Origin: Myxococcota bacterium
Lineage (GTDB): Bacteria; Myxococcota_A; UBA9160; UBA6930
NCBI GenBank assembly: GCA_965223705.1
Contig: OZ245015.1
Coordinates: 992,001 to 1,056,000 of the forward strand
Length of the DNA stretch: 64,000 nt
Reading direction: 5' to 3'
Below the pieces are notes generated by a model. That model was not told the origin of the DNA and did not search any database. It worked only from the letters and a program-made list of their open reading frames with translations. Position numbers and translations under genes: made by a program. The stretch's first letter is position 1. Every line of letters starts with the position of its first letter. Below are positions 19,421 through 31,913 of the stretch, in pieces.

Positions 19421-20842
19421 CTAGAGCTGCGTTTCGATCTCGGGTTCGATCTCACAGTCGCGGATCTTGCTCAGCAACGTCTTGTAACTGACCTCGAGAA
19501 GCTCGGCCGCGCGTCGTCGGTTCCAATCCGTTTGGTAGAGCGCGCGTTGAATGGCTTCGCGTTCGGCGGCGAGTGCCGCGCGGCGGCCGACTTCCTTGAG
19601 CGGCACCTCACCCGCGGTGGCTTCGAGCTCTTCGAGAACGCGGTCGAGCTCGCTGATACCGCCGCCCGACGGACGGCTCGCCCGGGCCAGGAGATCCTGG
19701 ATCACGCTTTCTTCGCTCTCCAACACGACGATTCGCTTGATCAGGTTCTCGAGTTCTCGAACGTTGCCGGGGAAGGGGTGACGATCGAAGAGCGATACGA
19801 GCTGCTTCGAAAGCTCGCGCCGTGGCTTGTCGTAGCGCGCTGAGAAGCGCGCGAGAAACACGTCGACGAGGCTGTCGATCTCATCGCGTCGCTCGCGGAG
19901 CGGCGGAATGCGGACATTGACCACGTTGAGGCGGAAGAAGAGATCTTCCCGGAACGTTCCCTCGCGCACCATGTCTTCCAGTTGGCGATGGGTCGCCGTC
20001 ACGACGCGCGCTTCCGCCGCGAGCTCCTCATTGCCGCCCAGGTGCGAGAAGGTCCCGTCCTGCAACACGTGAAGGAGCTTCGCCTGAAGGGCGGCGCTCA
20101 TCTCCCCGATCTCGTCGAGGAAAATCGTCCCGCGTCCCGCCTGTTCGAACTTCCCCGGCTTGCGCCGCACCGCTCCGGTGAACGCGCCCGCTTCGTAGCC
20201 GAACAACTCGCTTTCGAGGAGTTCGCCCGGGAGCGCCGCGCAGTTCACCTTGACGAAGGGCTGGTCGCGCCGCGGCGAAATCGCATGCAGTTCGCGGGCG
20301 ACGACTTCCTTGCCCGTGCCGCTCTCACCTTGGATCAACACCGTGACGTCGGTCGACGCAATTTGCTCGAGGAGCCCGCGGATCTGCGAGAGCGCCGGAC
20401 TCTCCCAGAAGGGTTCGTCCGACGGCGGTGCGATGTCGTCCTCGGGACGGCGCGTGAGATCGCCGAGCAAGCGCTCGAGGTGGCCGGGCGGAGCGGGTTT
20501 CTCGACGTAGTCGGTCGCCCCGAGGCGGAGTGCGTCGACCACGGTTCGCGGTTCGCTCACCGAAGAGAGCATGACCACCGGAACATCCTCGTCGAGCTGG
20601 CGGATTTTTTCGAGGGTCGTCAGGCCGTCGTCCCCGGGCATGATGACATCGAGCACGATCGCGTCGGGAGCCGCGCCGGACTCGAGGAGCGTCACCGCGC
20701 GACGCCCGTCTTCGGCGGTGTCGACGTCGAAGTCGGCGGCCTCCAGCGCGTCCGCCAGGAGGGTCCGGAGGCCGTCCGAATCGTCGACCACCATGATGCG
20801 CGGCCGCGCCGGGCTTTCGGAGACGGTGCGGGGTTTTCTCAT
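19421..20842 (-). CDS. Sigma-54-dependent response regulator (NtrC family: receiver-AAA-HTH)
   Basis: VVDD, phospho-Asp in VLDVIMP, EKP; GESGTGKE, GAFTGA, FPGNVRELEN; C-terminal Fis-type HTH. Confidence 0.95.
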   Translation of the reverse strand: MRKPRTVSESPARPRIMVVDDSDGLRTLLADALEAADFDVDTAEDGRRAVTLLESGAAPDAIVLDVIMPGDDGLTTLEKIRQLDEDVPVVMLSSVSEPRTVVDALRLGATDYVEKPAPPGHLERLLGDLTRRPEDDIAPPSDEPFWESPALSQIRGLLEQIASTDVTVLIQGESGTGKEVVARELHAISPRRDQPFVKVNCAALPGELLESELFGYEAGAFTGAVRRKPGKFEQAGRGTIFLDEIGEMSAALQAKLLHVLQDGTFSHLGGNEELAAEARVVTATHRQLEDMVREGTFREDLFFRLNVVNVRIPPLRERRDEIDSLVDVFLARFSARYDKPRRELSKQLVSLFDRHPFPGNVRELENLIKRIVVLESEESVIQDLLARASRPSGGGISELDRVLEELEATAGEVPLKEVGRRAALAAEREAIQRALYQTDWNRRRAAELLEVSYKTLLSKIRDCEIEPEIETQL

Positions 20843-20859
20843 CTCCCCCTATGTATCGC

Positions 20860-22966
<2,107 letters not shown>

Positions 22967-22967
22967 G

Positions 22968-24506
22968 CTAGCTCTCGCGCTTCACGGCGACGAAGACCTC
23001 GGCCTCTCCACGTCGGACGAGGAGCAGCGCGCCTTTCTCGGCACCTTTGACGGCCTTCTCGAAAGCGTTCGCGTCGGAAACCGGCTTCTGGTTCACCTCG
23101 AGGATGACATCGCCGCGGCGAAGCCCGGCTTCGGAAGCCGCGCTGTCCTCTTCGATGTCGGTGATCAGCACACCGTCCGGCTCGTCGAGGCCGAGTTGCT
23201 CCGCGGTCCGGGAATCGAGGTCTTTCACGACGACGCCGAAGGCGCCTCGCTCGTCTGCCTCGGCACTTGCGAGCACGACGTCATCGTCGCGATCGAGCTC
23301 GCCGAGCTGCACCTTGAGCGACTTCTTCTTGCCCTTGCGAAGCACCTTCACGTCGACGCCGCTTCCGACGGGCGTTCGCGCGACCACCCGCGGCAGGGTC
23401 GACATCTTGTCGATGTCTTCGCCGTTGAACGAAACGATGACGTCACCGCGTCGGATCCCCGCCTTGTCGGCGGGCCCGCCGGGCTCGACCTTGGACACGA
23501 GGGCTCCCACTTCTTCGTCGAGGTCCATGAGCTCGGCCGTCGTCTCGTCGATCTCCTGGATGTAGACGCCGAGCCAACCGCGTGAAACGCGGCCCGCGGT
23601 GCGCAGCTGGGGCAGGATGTCTTTGGCAATGTTCACCGGCACCGCGAACCCGATGGTGTTCGCACGCGGGTTGATCGCCGTGTTGATCCCGATCACCTCG
23701 CCGGCGAGGTTGAGCAGCGGCCCGCCGGAATTGCCGGGGTTGATCGCCGCGTCGGTCTGGATGAAGTCGTCGAAACGGCGCGCTTCCGGATCCGGGTTGA
23801 TGACCCGGCTCTTCGCCGAGACGATGCCCGCCGTGACGGTATGCCCCAGACCAAAGGGGTTGCCGATGGCGACGACCCAGTCGCCCGGATCGACGTCGTC
23901 CGAGTCGCCGAGCGCGAGAGACGGAAGCGGGCGGTCGGGTTCGACCTTGATCAACGCGATATCGGTCTTGGGGTCGCGGCCGATGACTTTCGCTTCGAGG
24001 GATTTTTCGCCTTCGAAGAAGAGCACTTCGATTTTGTCGACGTCTTCGACGACGTGGTTGTTCGTGACGATATAGCCGTCTTCGGAGATCACGAAGCCGG
24101 TGCCCAAGCTCGGCACGTTTCGCTCACCGCCGAACATGTCGGGGAACGGGCCGCCGAAGAATTCTTCGAGCGGATGTCGCGGGCGGCCGCGATCGCCGCC
24201 TCGCCGTCGGTTGACGAGCTTCTTCGACGTTTGGATGTTGACCACGGCGGGGGACGTCGCTTCCGCCAAGTTCGCGAAACTCGCCGGAGCGCCGCGGGGC
24301 GGGCTGTAGACCGTCTCCCCCTCGCCGTCCTTCCAGAACGCCTCGTTGTCGGCGGTCTTCGTTTCACTCTTGCCAAACAGGTCGATGGCTTCCGCAGTGG
24401 GCGCTTCGACCGAAAAATCGATGTTTACGACGCCAGAAGCGAGCAGTAGTGCGCCGATCGCGGCGGCCATGACGACCACTCGAAGCGAGCGAAGGGAGTT
24501 ACTCAA
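22968..24506 (-). CDS. DegP/DegQ (HtrA) periplasmic serine protease with 2 PDZ domains
   Basis: TTG start at 24506 preceded by AAGGAG; TNNHVV, DPKTDIAL and TDAAINPGNSGGPL. Confidence 0.93.
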   Translation of the reverse strand: MSNSLRSLRVVVMAAAIGALLLASGVVNIDFSVEAPTAEAIDLFGKSETKTADNEAFWKDGEGETVYSPPRGAPASFANLAEATSPAVVNIQTSKKLVNRRRGGDRGRPRHPLEEFFGGPFPDMFGGERNVPSLGTGFVISEDGYIVTNNHVVEDVDKIEVLFFEGEKSLEAKVIGRDPKTDIALIKVEPDRPLPSLALGDSDDVDPGDWVVAIGNPFGLGHTVTAGIVSAKSRVINPDPEARRFDDFIQTDAAINPGNSGGPLLNLAGEVIGINTAINPRANTIGFAVPVNIAKDILPQLRTAGRVSRGWLGVYIQEIDETTAELMDLDEEVGALVSKVEPGGPADKAGIRRGDVIVSFNGEDIDKMSTLPRVVARTPVGSGVDVKVLRKGKKKSLKVQLGELDRDDDVVLASAEADERGAFGVVVKDLDSRTAEQLGLDEPDGVLITDIEEDSAASEAGLRRGDVILEVNQKPVSDANAFEKAVKGAEKGALLLVRRGEAEVFVAVKRES

Positions 24507-24591
24507 GGTAGGTTCTCCTTGTCTGGGACTCAGCCCTGGGAGTTCAGTCGCCGATTGAGACGCCCCGGGCGGGACGTGAGTTCCCCAGGAA

Positions 24592-25932
24592 TCAGCCCAG
24601 AGGGACTCGCAAATGGTACCGGCCGCGTCCCCGCCGGACCACGAGGAGCGCGCCATCGCGGCCGCGCAGCCCCAATATGGCCCGGCGCAACGCTTCATCG
24701 TCCGAAAGCCCCTGACCGTTGATCCCCAAAACGAGGTCGCCGGGTTCGAGACCGGTTCGGGCCGCTCCACTTCCGCGTACGACCCGCACCACCGCGAACC
24801 CGCCCTGCGGGTTCGGTTCGAGTTCCATGCCGAGGCGCTGCACGCCCATGGCGTCGATCTCGTCGGCGCTGATCTCGCGTGCCGTCACCGGCACCTCGCG
24901 GGAGACGCCGTTCGCGGCGACGGTGAGCGAGACCCGTTGCCCCGCCGTGACGCGAACGAGCAGATCGTAGAATTCGCGGGAGGAGGAGACCGGAACACCG
25001 TCAAACGCGGTGATGAGCTCTCCGCGGCTGAGCGCCGCCTCCGCCGCGCTACTGCCTTCGTGCACCCGGGAGATCAAAGCGCCGCGCGCTCCCGGCCCGA
25101 GCTCCATCACTTCTTGCATCGTGGCGTCGACGTCTTGAAGCTCGAGACCGAGCCACACCGGTGCGATCGCACCCCGCGTGATCAACTCGTCGACGATTCG
25201 GCGCGCCGCGTCGATCGGAATCGCGAAGCCGATTCCCTGGGCGTTGCCGTAAATCGCGGTGTTGATCCCGATGAGCTCGCCTTCGGCGTTGAGCAGGGGC
25301 CCGCCGGAATTTCCGGGGTTGATCGAAGCGTCGGTCTGCAGGAACCCGTGATAGACGCGGCCTTCCGCGCGGATCGAGCGGTCGACCGCGGACAACACGC
25401 CGGTCGTCACCGTGTTCGAGAGCCCGAACGGATTGCCGATGGCGATCACCGGCTCGCCGACCAGGACATCGTCCGAGGATCCGGGAGGCGTCCAGGGAAC
25501 CGGCTCGTCGGTCTCGAGCCGCAGGACGGCGAGGTCGTTGTTCGGGTCGGCACCCACCAAGGTCGCTTCGAATTCGCGCCCATCGCCGATCGTCACCCGA
25601 ATGCTCTCCGCCCGCGCGACGACGTGCTCGTTCGTCACCACGTGGAGTTCATCATCGATGACCACGCCGGAGCCCAGGCTCGTGCGCCGCTGCTGTTGTT
25701 GCGGAAAGAAATCGCGGAAAAAGCGGTCGAAGGTCGGGTTGTTGAAGGGCCCGCGGAACGGTCGGTTCGGCTGCACGAGCGACGTGGTGATGTTGACGAC
25801 GGACGGGCCGACCTTCTCCACGACGCGCACCGTGGCGGTGCGCCGCAGGAAGGGATCGTCGGCGCGCGCGTCACAGGCGAGCAGGGCGACCCAGACGAAG
25901 AGGGCGAGGACAGCGAGCAGCGAGACCTTCAT
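24592..25932 (-). CDS. HtrA-family serine protease with PDZ domains
   Basis: Signal peptide; TNEHVV, DPNNDLAV and TDASINPGNSGGPL. Confidence 0.93.
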   Translation of the reverse strand: MKVSLLAVLALFVWVALLACDARADDPFLRRTATVRVVEKVGPSVVNITTSLVQPNRPFRGPFNNPTFDRFFRDFFPQQQQRRTSLGSGVVIDDELHVVTNEHVVARAESIRVTIGDGREFEATLVGADPNNDLAVLRLETDEPVPWTPPGSSDDVLVGEPVIAIGNPFGLSNTVTTGVLSAVDRSIRAEGRVYHGFLQTDASINPGNSGGPLLNAEGELIGINTAIYGNAQGIGFAIPIDAARRIVDELITRGAIAPVWLGLELQDVDATMQEVMELGPGARGALISRVHEGSSAAEAALSRGELITAFDGVPVSSSREFYDLLVRVTAGQRVSLTVAANGVSREVPVTAREISADEIDAMGVQRLGMELEPNPQGGFAVVRVVRGSGAARTGLEPGDLVLGINGQGLSDDEALRRAILGLRGRDGALLVVRRGRGRYHLRVPLG

Positions 25933-25949
25933 TGCGCGGAACTTAACAA

Positions 25950-27317
25950 CTAGTCGCGGATCGCCTCACCGGTCTCTTCCGAGTCCTTGAAGCTCGCGGG
26001 CTGCGAAGGTACCCGCCCCCGCTTGATCAGCAGAAACTTCAGGTCGCCGCCCCGGCGCGCGGTGATGAGGAACCGATCGCGGCCTTCGACGTCGGCCAGG
26101 CCGCGATCGAAATCATCGAGGTCTCCGATTCGCCGATCTTCGATGTTCTCCACGATGTCACCGGGAAAGAGCCCCGCTTCCGAGGCCGGCGAGCCCCGCG
26201 CGACAAACGACACGTAGGCGCCGCGACGAGAATCGAGGCGCTGCTCGCGAAAGAGCCGCTCGGTGATTTCCTGGACGTGGAAGCCCAGGTCGCTCTCCCG
26301 CTCCGCGGGCTCCACCTTCGGCTGCGTCGCGAGCTTGAGGGTGACGTCGCGAGCCTTGCCGTCGCGCAGGAAGGCCACCCGGACTTTCTCACCGGGCGGC
26401 ACGGCCGCGACGCGGCGCTGCAAGGTTCCCAGGTCTTCGTCTTTCTCGGCTTCGACGGCTTCCCCCGCGAAGTGCGTGATGATGTCGCCCGGCCGCAGCT
26501 TCGCGCGCTTCGCCGGCGAGTCTTCCGAAACGCCACTCACGATCACGCCCGTCGCGTCGGGTACGGCGAAGTACGTCGCGAGATCTCGCGAAAGGGGCTG
26601 CATCGTGATCCCGAGCCAGCCGCGTTCGATGCCGCCCCGCTCGATCTGACGCTTGACGCCGAGCACGGTGTCGATGGGGATCGTAAACCCGATGCCGCGA
26701 CCTTGGCCGCGCGAGTTCAAGCCGATGACCCGACCCTCGAGATCGAACAGCGGCCCGCCCGACGAGCCCCGATCGATCATCGCGTCGGTCTGGATGAACT
26801 CGTTGATCAAATCGGGGACCTCGAGGTTGCGGCCCATCGCCGAGACGATTCCGAAGGACACGGTGCCCTGGAGGCCGTAGGGGTTGCCGACGGCGAGGAC
26901 CCATTGCCCGACGCGGACGTCGCTGTTGCGACCGAAGGTCGGAACCGGCAGCGGCTCGTTGGGATCGATCTTGAGGAGGGCGACGTCGGTCTGTTTGTCC
27001 GTTCCGAGGACCTCGGCGCGGTATCTCGCCCGCCGCCCGGGAACCGTGACTTCTACTTTCTGCGCTTTCTCGACGACGTGATGGTTCGTCAGGATGAGCC
27101 CGTCCGCCGACGCGATGAGGCCCGAGCCGGTGACCTGGTTCCGCCGATCGTTCACACGGACGATCGCTTCGATGTGGACGACCAACGGTTTCACTTGTTC
27201 GGAAACGGCGATCACCCGGCGCTGGAGCTCGTCCATCGGCGCAGCGCCTTCGGCGCTCGCGAGCTCGGGGGACAACGCGAGGAGGAGCGGTAGTAGAAAA
27301 CGCAACGGAGCGGCCAT
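25950..27317 (-). CDS. HtrA-family serine protease with PDZ domains and an atypical active-site loop
   Basis: MAAPLRFLLPLLLAL signal peptide; TNHHVV, DKQTDVAL and TDAMIDRGSSGGPL. Confidence 0.9.
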   Translation of the reverse strand: MAAPLRFLLPLLLALSPELASAEGAAPMDELQRRVIAVSEQVKPLVVHIEAIVRVNDRRNQVTGSGLIASADGLILTNHHVVEKAQKVEVTVPGRRARYRAEVLGTDKQTDVALLKIDPNEPLPVPTFGRNSDVRVGQWVLAVGNPYGLQGTVSFGIVSAMGRNLEVPDLINEFIQTDAMIDRGSSGGPLFDLEGRVIGLNSRGQGRGIGFTIPIDTVLGVKRQIERGGIERGWLGITMQPLSRDLATYFAVPDATGVIVSGVSEDSPAKRAKLRPGDIITHFAGEAVEAEKDEDLGTLQRRVAAVPPGEKVRVAFLRDGKARDVTLKLATQPKVEPAERESDLGFHVQEITERLFREQRLDSRRGAYVSFVARGSPASEAGLFPGDIVENIEDRRIGDLDDFDRGLADVEGRDRFLITARRGGDLKFLLIKRGRVPSQPASFKDSEETGEAIRD

Positions 27318-27328
27318 CCGGGCTGAGC

Positions 27329-27979
27329 TTAGCCGCCCGAGTCGACGGGGTGAACGGCGTCGAGTGCGCGGCGGAACGCTCGCGCCGCGTCGCAGGGCGA
27401 ATCGGCGAGGAGGAGGGCGCCCGTCACCGCTACGCCGACCGCCCCCGCGGCGATGCACGTCGCGGCGCGCGGCGGGTCGATCCCTCCCTGGGCAATCACC
27501 GGCGGGCCGCCCGCCGCGCCGGCGATCGCCTGGGGTCCGAGGGGCGGTCGCGTCGAGGCCTTCGAGCGCGGCGCGTAGATCGGCGCGAGCTGCGCCTGGT
27601 CCACCACGTTCGCCGGGAGTTTCAGGATCTCGTCCGTCCCGTGGCATGCGACGGTCACGATCTTCTCGGCGCCCACCAGGGCACGCGCGTCGGCCGGCGC
27701 GATCGCGTCGAAGCCCAGGTGCACGCCGTCGGCGCCCGCGGCCAGCGCGACATCGATGAAACGGTTGACGAGGATCTCGACCGAGCCGCCGCGTCGCGCG
27801 GCGCCGCGTCGGCTGGCCGCAGCGATGTCTTCGACATGCCGAAGCAGCGCGGCTCCGGGGAGGCCGCGCTCTCGTACCTGCACGCGATCGACGCCGCCGG
27901 CGACGGCGTCTTCGACGGCGCGCAGTAAATGCGAGCCACCGACTTCGCGGTCGGTGACCAGCACGAGGAGCGGGGTCAC
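27329..27979 (-). CDS. thiE: Thiamine-phosphate synthase (ThiE/TenI family)
   Basis: LVTDR, VQVRER, ADGVHLG, AQGGI and GAVGVAV; follows thiG. Confidence 0.82.
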   Translation of the reverse strand: MTPLLVLVTDREVGGSHLLRAVEDAVAGGVDRVQVRERGLPGAALLRHVEDIAAASRRGAARRGGSVEILVNRFIDVALAAGADGVHLGFDAIAPADARALVGAEKIVTVACHGTDEILKLPANVVDQAQLAPIYAPRSKASTRPPLGPQAIAGAAGGPPVIAQGGIDPPRAATCIAAGAVGVAVTGALLLADSPCDAARAFRRALDAVHPVDSGG

Positions 27980-27983
27980 GGCG

Positions 27984-28760
27984 TTAGAAAGTGGCCAGCC
28001 CGTCGAGGGGGCTCGACGCCGTGGCGTAGAGGCGCCGCGGAATACGCCCCGCTTCGTAGGCGAGCCGCCCGGCGGAGACGCCTTCGCGCATGGCGCGGGC
28101 CATCTTGACGGGGTCTTTCGCGCCCGCGATGCCCGTGTTCATCAGCACGCCGGCCGCTCCGAGCTCCATCGCCACGGCGGCGTCACTCGCCGTGCCGACC
28201 CCGGCGTCGACGATCACCGGCACTTCGACGGTCTCGAGGATGATCCGAAGGTTGGCGGGATTGCGGATCCCCAGACCCGAACCGATCGGTGCGGCAAGGG
28301 GCATGACGGCGGGGCAGCCGAGCTCGGCGAGCTGTTGGCACGCCACCGGATCGTCGGTGATGTAGGGGAGCACCGTGAAGCCGTCTTCGACGAGGATCCG
28401 ACACGTCTCGAGGGTCTTCGCGACGTCGGGAAAGAGCGTTCGCTCGTCGCCGATGACTTCGATTTTTACCAGGCCGTGGCCCACGAGCTCGCGCCCGAGC
28501 TGCGCGGTGGTCACCGCATCGTCGATCGTGTAGCAGCCGGCGGTGTTCGGGAGAATCTCGACGCCTTCGGGAAGGTAGGCGAGGACGTTCGATTCTTTCG
28601 GGGCCTTCAGGTCGACGCGCCGCAGCGCGACCGTCGCCAGATCGGCGCCGCTCTCGCGCGTCGCTTCGAGCTGAAGCGGCAACGATTCGTACTTCCCCGT
28701 TCCGACGATGAGCCGGGACTGAAACGTGAATTCGCCCAGAGTGAGCGCGGGTTCAGACAT
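27984..28760 (-). CDS. thiG: Thiazole synthase
   Basis: [30 protein letters not shown] and [11 protein letters not shown]. Confidence 0.97.
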   Translation of the reverse strand: MSEPALTLGEFTFQSRLIVGTGKYESLPLQLEATRESGADLATVALRRVDLKAPKESNVLAYLPEGVEILPNTAGCYTIDDAVTTAQLGRELVGHGLVKIEVIGDERTLFPDVAKTLETCRILVEDGFTVLPYITDDPVACQQLAELGCPAVMPLAAPIGSGLGIRNPANLRIILETVEVPVIVDAGVGTASDAAVAMELGAAGVLMNTGIAGAKDPVKMARAMREGVSAGRLAYEAGRIPRRLYATASSPLDGLATF

Positions 28761-28997
28761 CTAACCTCCTCCCACGGCCTCGAGGATCTCGACGCGATCC
28801 CCGGATTGCAGGGCCAGGTGCTCGTAATTCGCGCGGGGGACGACCGCGCGGTTGACCGCCACAGCGACCTTTCGATCCCCCAGCGAGAGCTCGGCGAGCA
28901 GCGTCGCGACGCTCGCGCCTTCCGCGAGTTTGCACGCTTCGCCGTTGACCTGGATCTCGAGCGTGGGGGCCTGTTGGTCGATGTGGGGACCGTACAT
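28761..28997 (-). CDS. thiS: Sulfur carrier protein ThiS
   Basis: IQVNGE, VAVAVN and GDRVEILEAVGGG C-terminus; directly upstream of thiG. Confidence 0.93.
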   Translation of the reverse strand: MYGPHIDQQAPTLEIQVNGEACKLAEGASVATLLAELSLGDRKVAVAVNRAVVPRANYEHLALQSGDRVEILEAVGGG

Positions 28998-29061
28998 CGC
29001 GCGCGCCCGCGATGCACACCGCCCTCACGAAGAACCTCCGCGATTCCGATACCTTCGCACG

Positions 29062-30195
29062 ATGCCTCGCGGAAGGCCGAGCTACGCCGAAATCGATCTC
29101 GAAGCGCTCGCGGACAACTACGCCCTGGCGAGTCGCCTGGCTTCGGGCCGCGAAGTGATCGGGGTCGTGAAGGCCAACGCCTACGGGCACGGCGCGCCGG
29201 CGATCGCACGGCACCTCGAGTCGATCGGCTGCCGCACGCTCGCCGTCGTCACCGTCGCCGAAGCGCGAGTGTTGCGGGACGCGGGTGTCAGCGCGGCGCT
29301 TCTCGTGATGGGCGGCGTCCACGACGCCGCCGAAGCCGCCGAGGCGGTGAAGCTCGAGACGACGCCCGTCATCCAACGCAAAGCGGACATCGACCGGTTG
29401 GCCAAAGCCGCCGGCGCGCGCCGCCGGCGACTCCCGGTGCAGCTCGAAGTCGACACCGGCATGTGTCGTATGGGCGCGGCGCCCGAGGAGGTGGTGCCGC
29501 TCGTCTCGCGCATTGCGGAACGCGAAGCGCTCGCGTTGGACGGCCTCTACACGCATTTCGCGCGGGCGGATGAGCCGGATCCCGAACCGACCCGCGAGCA
29601 GCAGCGCCGCTTCGCCGGCGTCCTCGCCGCAGTTCGCGAGCGCTTCGGCTTGCCGCGTTCGGTGCACGCCGCCGCGTCGGCAGCGCTACTCGCCGGCTTG
29701 GCCACGTCGGAGCTGTTGCCCGAACTGAACGCCGTTCGCCCTGGGCTGATGCTCTACGGGATCGCACCGAGCCCCGAGCTCGAAACCGCGCCCAACACGC
29801 TGCGTCCGGTCATGCGGCTCGCCGCCCGGATCGTCGCGTTGCGGCGTGTGCCGCCGGGGCAGGGCGTGGGCTACGGCGCGACGTTCCGACCGGCAGTCGA
29901 GACCACGATCGCGACCCTCCCCGTGGGCTACGCCGACGGCATTCCGCGCCACTTGACCGACACCGCTTTTGTCTCTCACCGAGGCCGGAACGTGCCGATA
30001 GTGGGACGGGTTTCGATGGACTTCGTCACGGTCGACCTCGGGGACCACCCCGCGGCGATCGGCGACGAAGTGGTGGTTTTTGGTCCCGGTCAATCGGTCA
30101 CCCGACTGGCCGCAGCGTCTGACACCATCGCCTACGAGCTCCTGGTGAGAGTCGGCGAACGCGTCCCGCGCGCCGTCCTGGCCGAGGAGGCGTAG
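29062..30195 (+). CDS. alr: Alanine racemase
   Basis: AEIDL, VVKANAYGHG, VDTGMCRMG, GYADG, GRVSMD and TIAYE. Confidence 0.96.
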   Translation: MPRGRPSYAEIDLEALADNYALASRLASGREVIGVVKANAYGHGAPAIARHLESIGCRTLAVVTVAEARVLRDAGVSAALLVMGGVHDAAEAAEAVKLETTPVIQRKADIDRLAKAAGARRRRLPVQLEVDTGMCRMGAAPEEVVPLVSRIAEREALALDGLYTHFARADEPDPEPTREQQRRFAGVLAAVRERFGLPRSVHAAASAALLAGLATSELLPELNAVRPGLMLYGIAPSPELETAPNTLRPVMRLAARIVALRRVPPGQGVGYGATFRPAVETTIATLPVGYADGIPRHLTDTAFVSHRGRNVPIVGRVSMDFVTVDLGDHPAAIGDEVVVFGPGQSVTRLAAASDTIAYELLVRVGERVPRAVLAEEA

Positions 30196-30215
30196 CCCCG
30201 AAACCGGTTTCGGGG
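30196..30215. other. Perfect 20-bp palindrome directly after the alr stop (hairpin or operator)
   Basis: ccccgaaaccggtttcgggg; a second palindrome aaccgatcggtt lies at 30229-30240. Confidence 0.5.
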
Positions 30216-30246
30216 GGGCGAGCTTGCACAACCGATCGGTTCTGAG

Positions 30247-31035
30247 ATGAGCGCCGCGCGGGTTCTCGCGCCGTTCGCCTGGGTCGGCGGCGCGTCGATC
30301 GGTGCGGTCCGCCACGTGGGTGCGGCGACGTCACTCCTCGCCGAGGCGCTTTTCGCCGGGCTGCGACCGCCGTTCCTTTCGCCGCGCTTGCTCCTCGCGC
30401 AGGCCTACCAGATCGGCGTCGCCTCGATTCCCGTCGTGGTGATCACGGGCCTCTTCACCGGCATGGTCCTGGCCCTTCAGTCGCTCGACGCCTTCGGGCG
30501 GTTCGGTGCCGAGGAGCTGGTCGCGACCGTGGTCTCACTCGCGATGATGCGCGAGCTCGGCCCGGTCCTCACCGGCCTGATGGTCGCCGGGCGCGTCGGC
30601 AGCGCGATGGCCGCGGAACTCGGCACCATGCGGATCAGCGAGCAGATCGATGCATTGGTAACGCTCGGGACGAATCCCGTTCGCTATCTCGTGCTGCCGC
30701 GGATCCTCGCATCGGTCTTGATGATGCCGGTACTCGTCGTTTTCGCGAACGCCATCGGAATCTTCGGCGGATTCGTCGTCGCCGTTCACCTGTTCGGTCA
30801 GAACCCCGCGCTCTACGAACGACGCGCCATTCAGTACCTGGGAACCGGGGATCTCACGATGAGCTTGGCCAAAGCCGTCGTCTTCGGCGCCGTGTTCTCG
30901 TTGGTGAGCTGCTATCAGGGCTTTCACGTCGCGGGCGGTGCGCGGGAAGTCGGGCTGGCGGTCACGCGCTCGGTGGTGATCTCGCTAATGGGCATCCTCG
31001 CGTTCAACTACATGCTGACGGCGTGGCTCTCGTGA
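30247..31035 (+). CDS. mlaE: MlaE family lipid-asymmetry ABC permease
   Basis: RELGPVLTGLMVAGRVGSAMAAELGTMRISEQIDAL and GGAREVGLAVTRSVV. Confidence 0.95.
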   Translation: MSAARVLAPFAWVGGASIGAVRHVGAATSLLAEALFAGLRPPFLSPRLLLAQAYQIGVASIPVVVITGLFTGMVLALQSLDAFGRFGAEELVATVVSLAMMRELGPVLTGLMVAGRVGSAMAAELGTMRISEQIDALVTLGTNPVRYLVLPRILASVLMMPVLVVFANAIGIFGGFVVAVHLFGQNPALYERRAIQYLGTGDLTMSLAKAVVFGAVFSLVSCYQGFHVAGGAREVGLAVTRSVVISLMGILAFNYMLTAWLS

Positions 31036-31808
31036 AAAACGACGAGCTGCCGCCGATCGGCGCGCTTTCCGAAGCGCGCGCCGTTCGCAAATCGTTCGGC
31101 GAGCGAACCGTTCTCGACGGCGTCGACCTCTCGGTTTGCGAGGAAGAGATCACCGTCGTGCTCGGCGGAAGCGGTAGCGGCAAGTCGACGTTGCTGCGCT
31201 GTTTGATGGGTCTCGAGCAACCCGACAGCGGAACGGTCCGGCTACTCGGACAGGACCTCGACGCGTGCTCGCCCGACACGCGGACAAAGCTCATGCTGCG
31301 CACCGGGATGTTGTTTCAGTTCGGTGCGCTCTTCGATTCGATGACCGTCGAGCAAAACGTCGCGTTCGCGTTGCGGCACGTGCTGAAGCGCCCGGAAGAC
31401 GAGATCGCGCAGAAGGTTCGCGAGAAGCTCCTCATGGTCGGGCTCAAGGACGTCGGACATCTCTTCCCGTCGCAACTGTCGGGTGGCATGCGCAAACGCG
31501 TCGCCCTCGCGCGCGCCATCGCGCACCGCCCGAAGATTCTCTTCGTCGATGAGCCCACCACCGGTCTCGACCCGATCATGTCCGACACGATCCACCAGCT
31601 CATTCTCCAGCTGCGGGATCGTCTGGGGATGACCGTGTTCTGCATTACGCACGACTTGCGCGCCGCGTTCTTTCTGGCCGACCGCATTTCGATGCTCTAC
31701 CGCGGCCGGATCATCGCGTCCGGGACTCCGGACGAAATGCGACGTGCGGCGGACCCTGTGGTCCAACAGTTCGTGACGGCCTCGACGCACGGTCCGATTC
31801 TCCCGTAA
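31023..31808 (+). CDS. mlaF: MlaF family ABC ATPase
   Basis: GGSGSGKS, FQFGALFDSMTV, LSGGMRKRVALARA and DEPTTGLDP. Confidence 0.95.
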   Translation: MALVKNDELPPIGALSEARAVRKSFGERTVLDGVDLSVCEEEITVVLGGSGSGKSTLLRCLMGLEQPDSGTVRLLGQDLDACSPDTRTKLMLRTGMLFQFGALFDSMTVEQNVAFALRHVLKRPEDEIAQKVREKLLMVGLKDVGHLFPSQLSGGMRKRVALARAIAHRPKILFVDEPTTGLDPIMSDTIHQLILQLRDRLGMTVFCITHDLRAAFFLADRISMLYRGRIIASGTPDEMRRAADPVVQQFVTASTHGPILP

Positions 31809-31913
31809 TTCCCAAAACAGCGGGGCTCTTTGCCCCCTCTTTCCGTCTCATACAACCGAGACGCAAGTCGAGCCCCGAAACGGCCGAAACCGAGGGTGAT
31901 AGGAGGGCGACGA

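Noticed and set aside
28998..29061. TPP riboswitch upstream of thiSGE
   Set aside because: The gap to the divergent alr gene is only about 64 bp and no CTGAGA-type TPP core is visible.
27756..29573. 605-aa plus-strand ORF, and similar ORFs at 5196..6662, 7752..9362, 24613..25953 and 36276..37721
   Set aside because: Antisense or off-frame to well-supported genes (thiG/thiS/alr, aminotransferase/trpS, kinase, HtrA, oxidoreductase).
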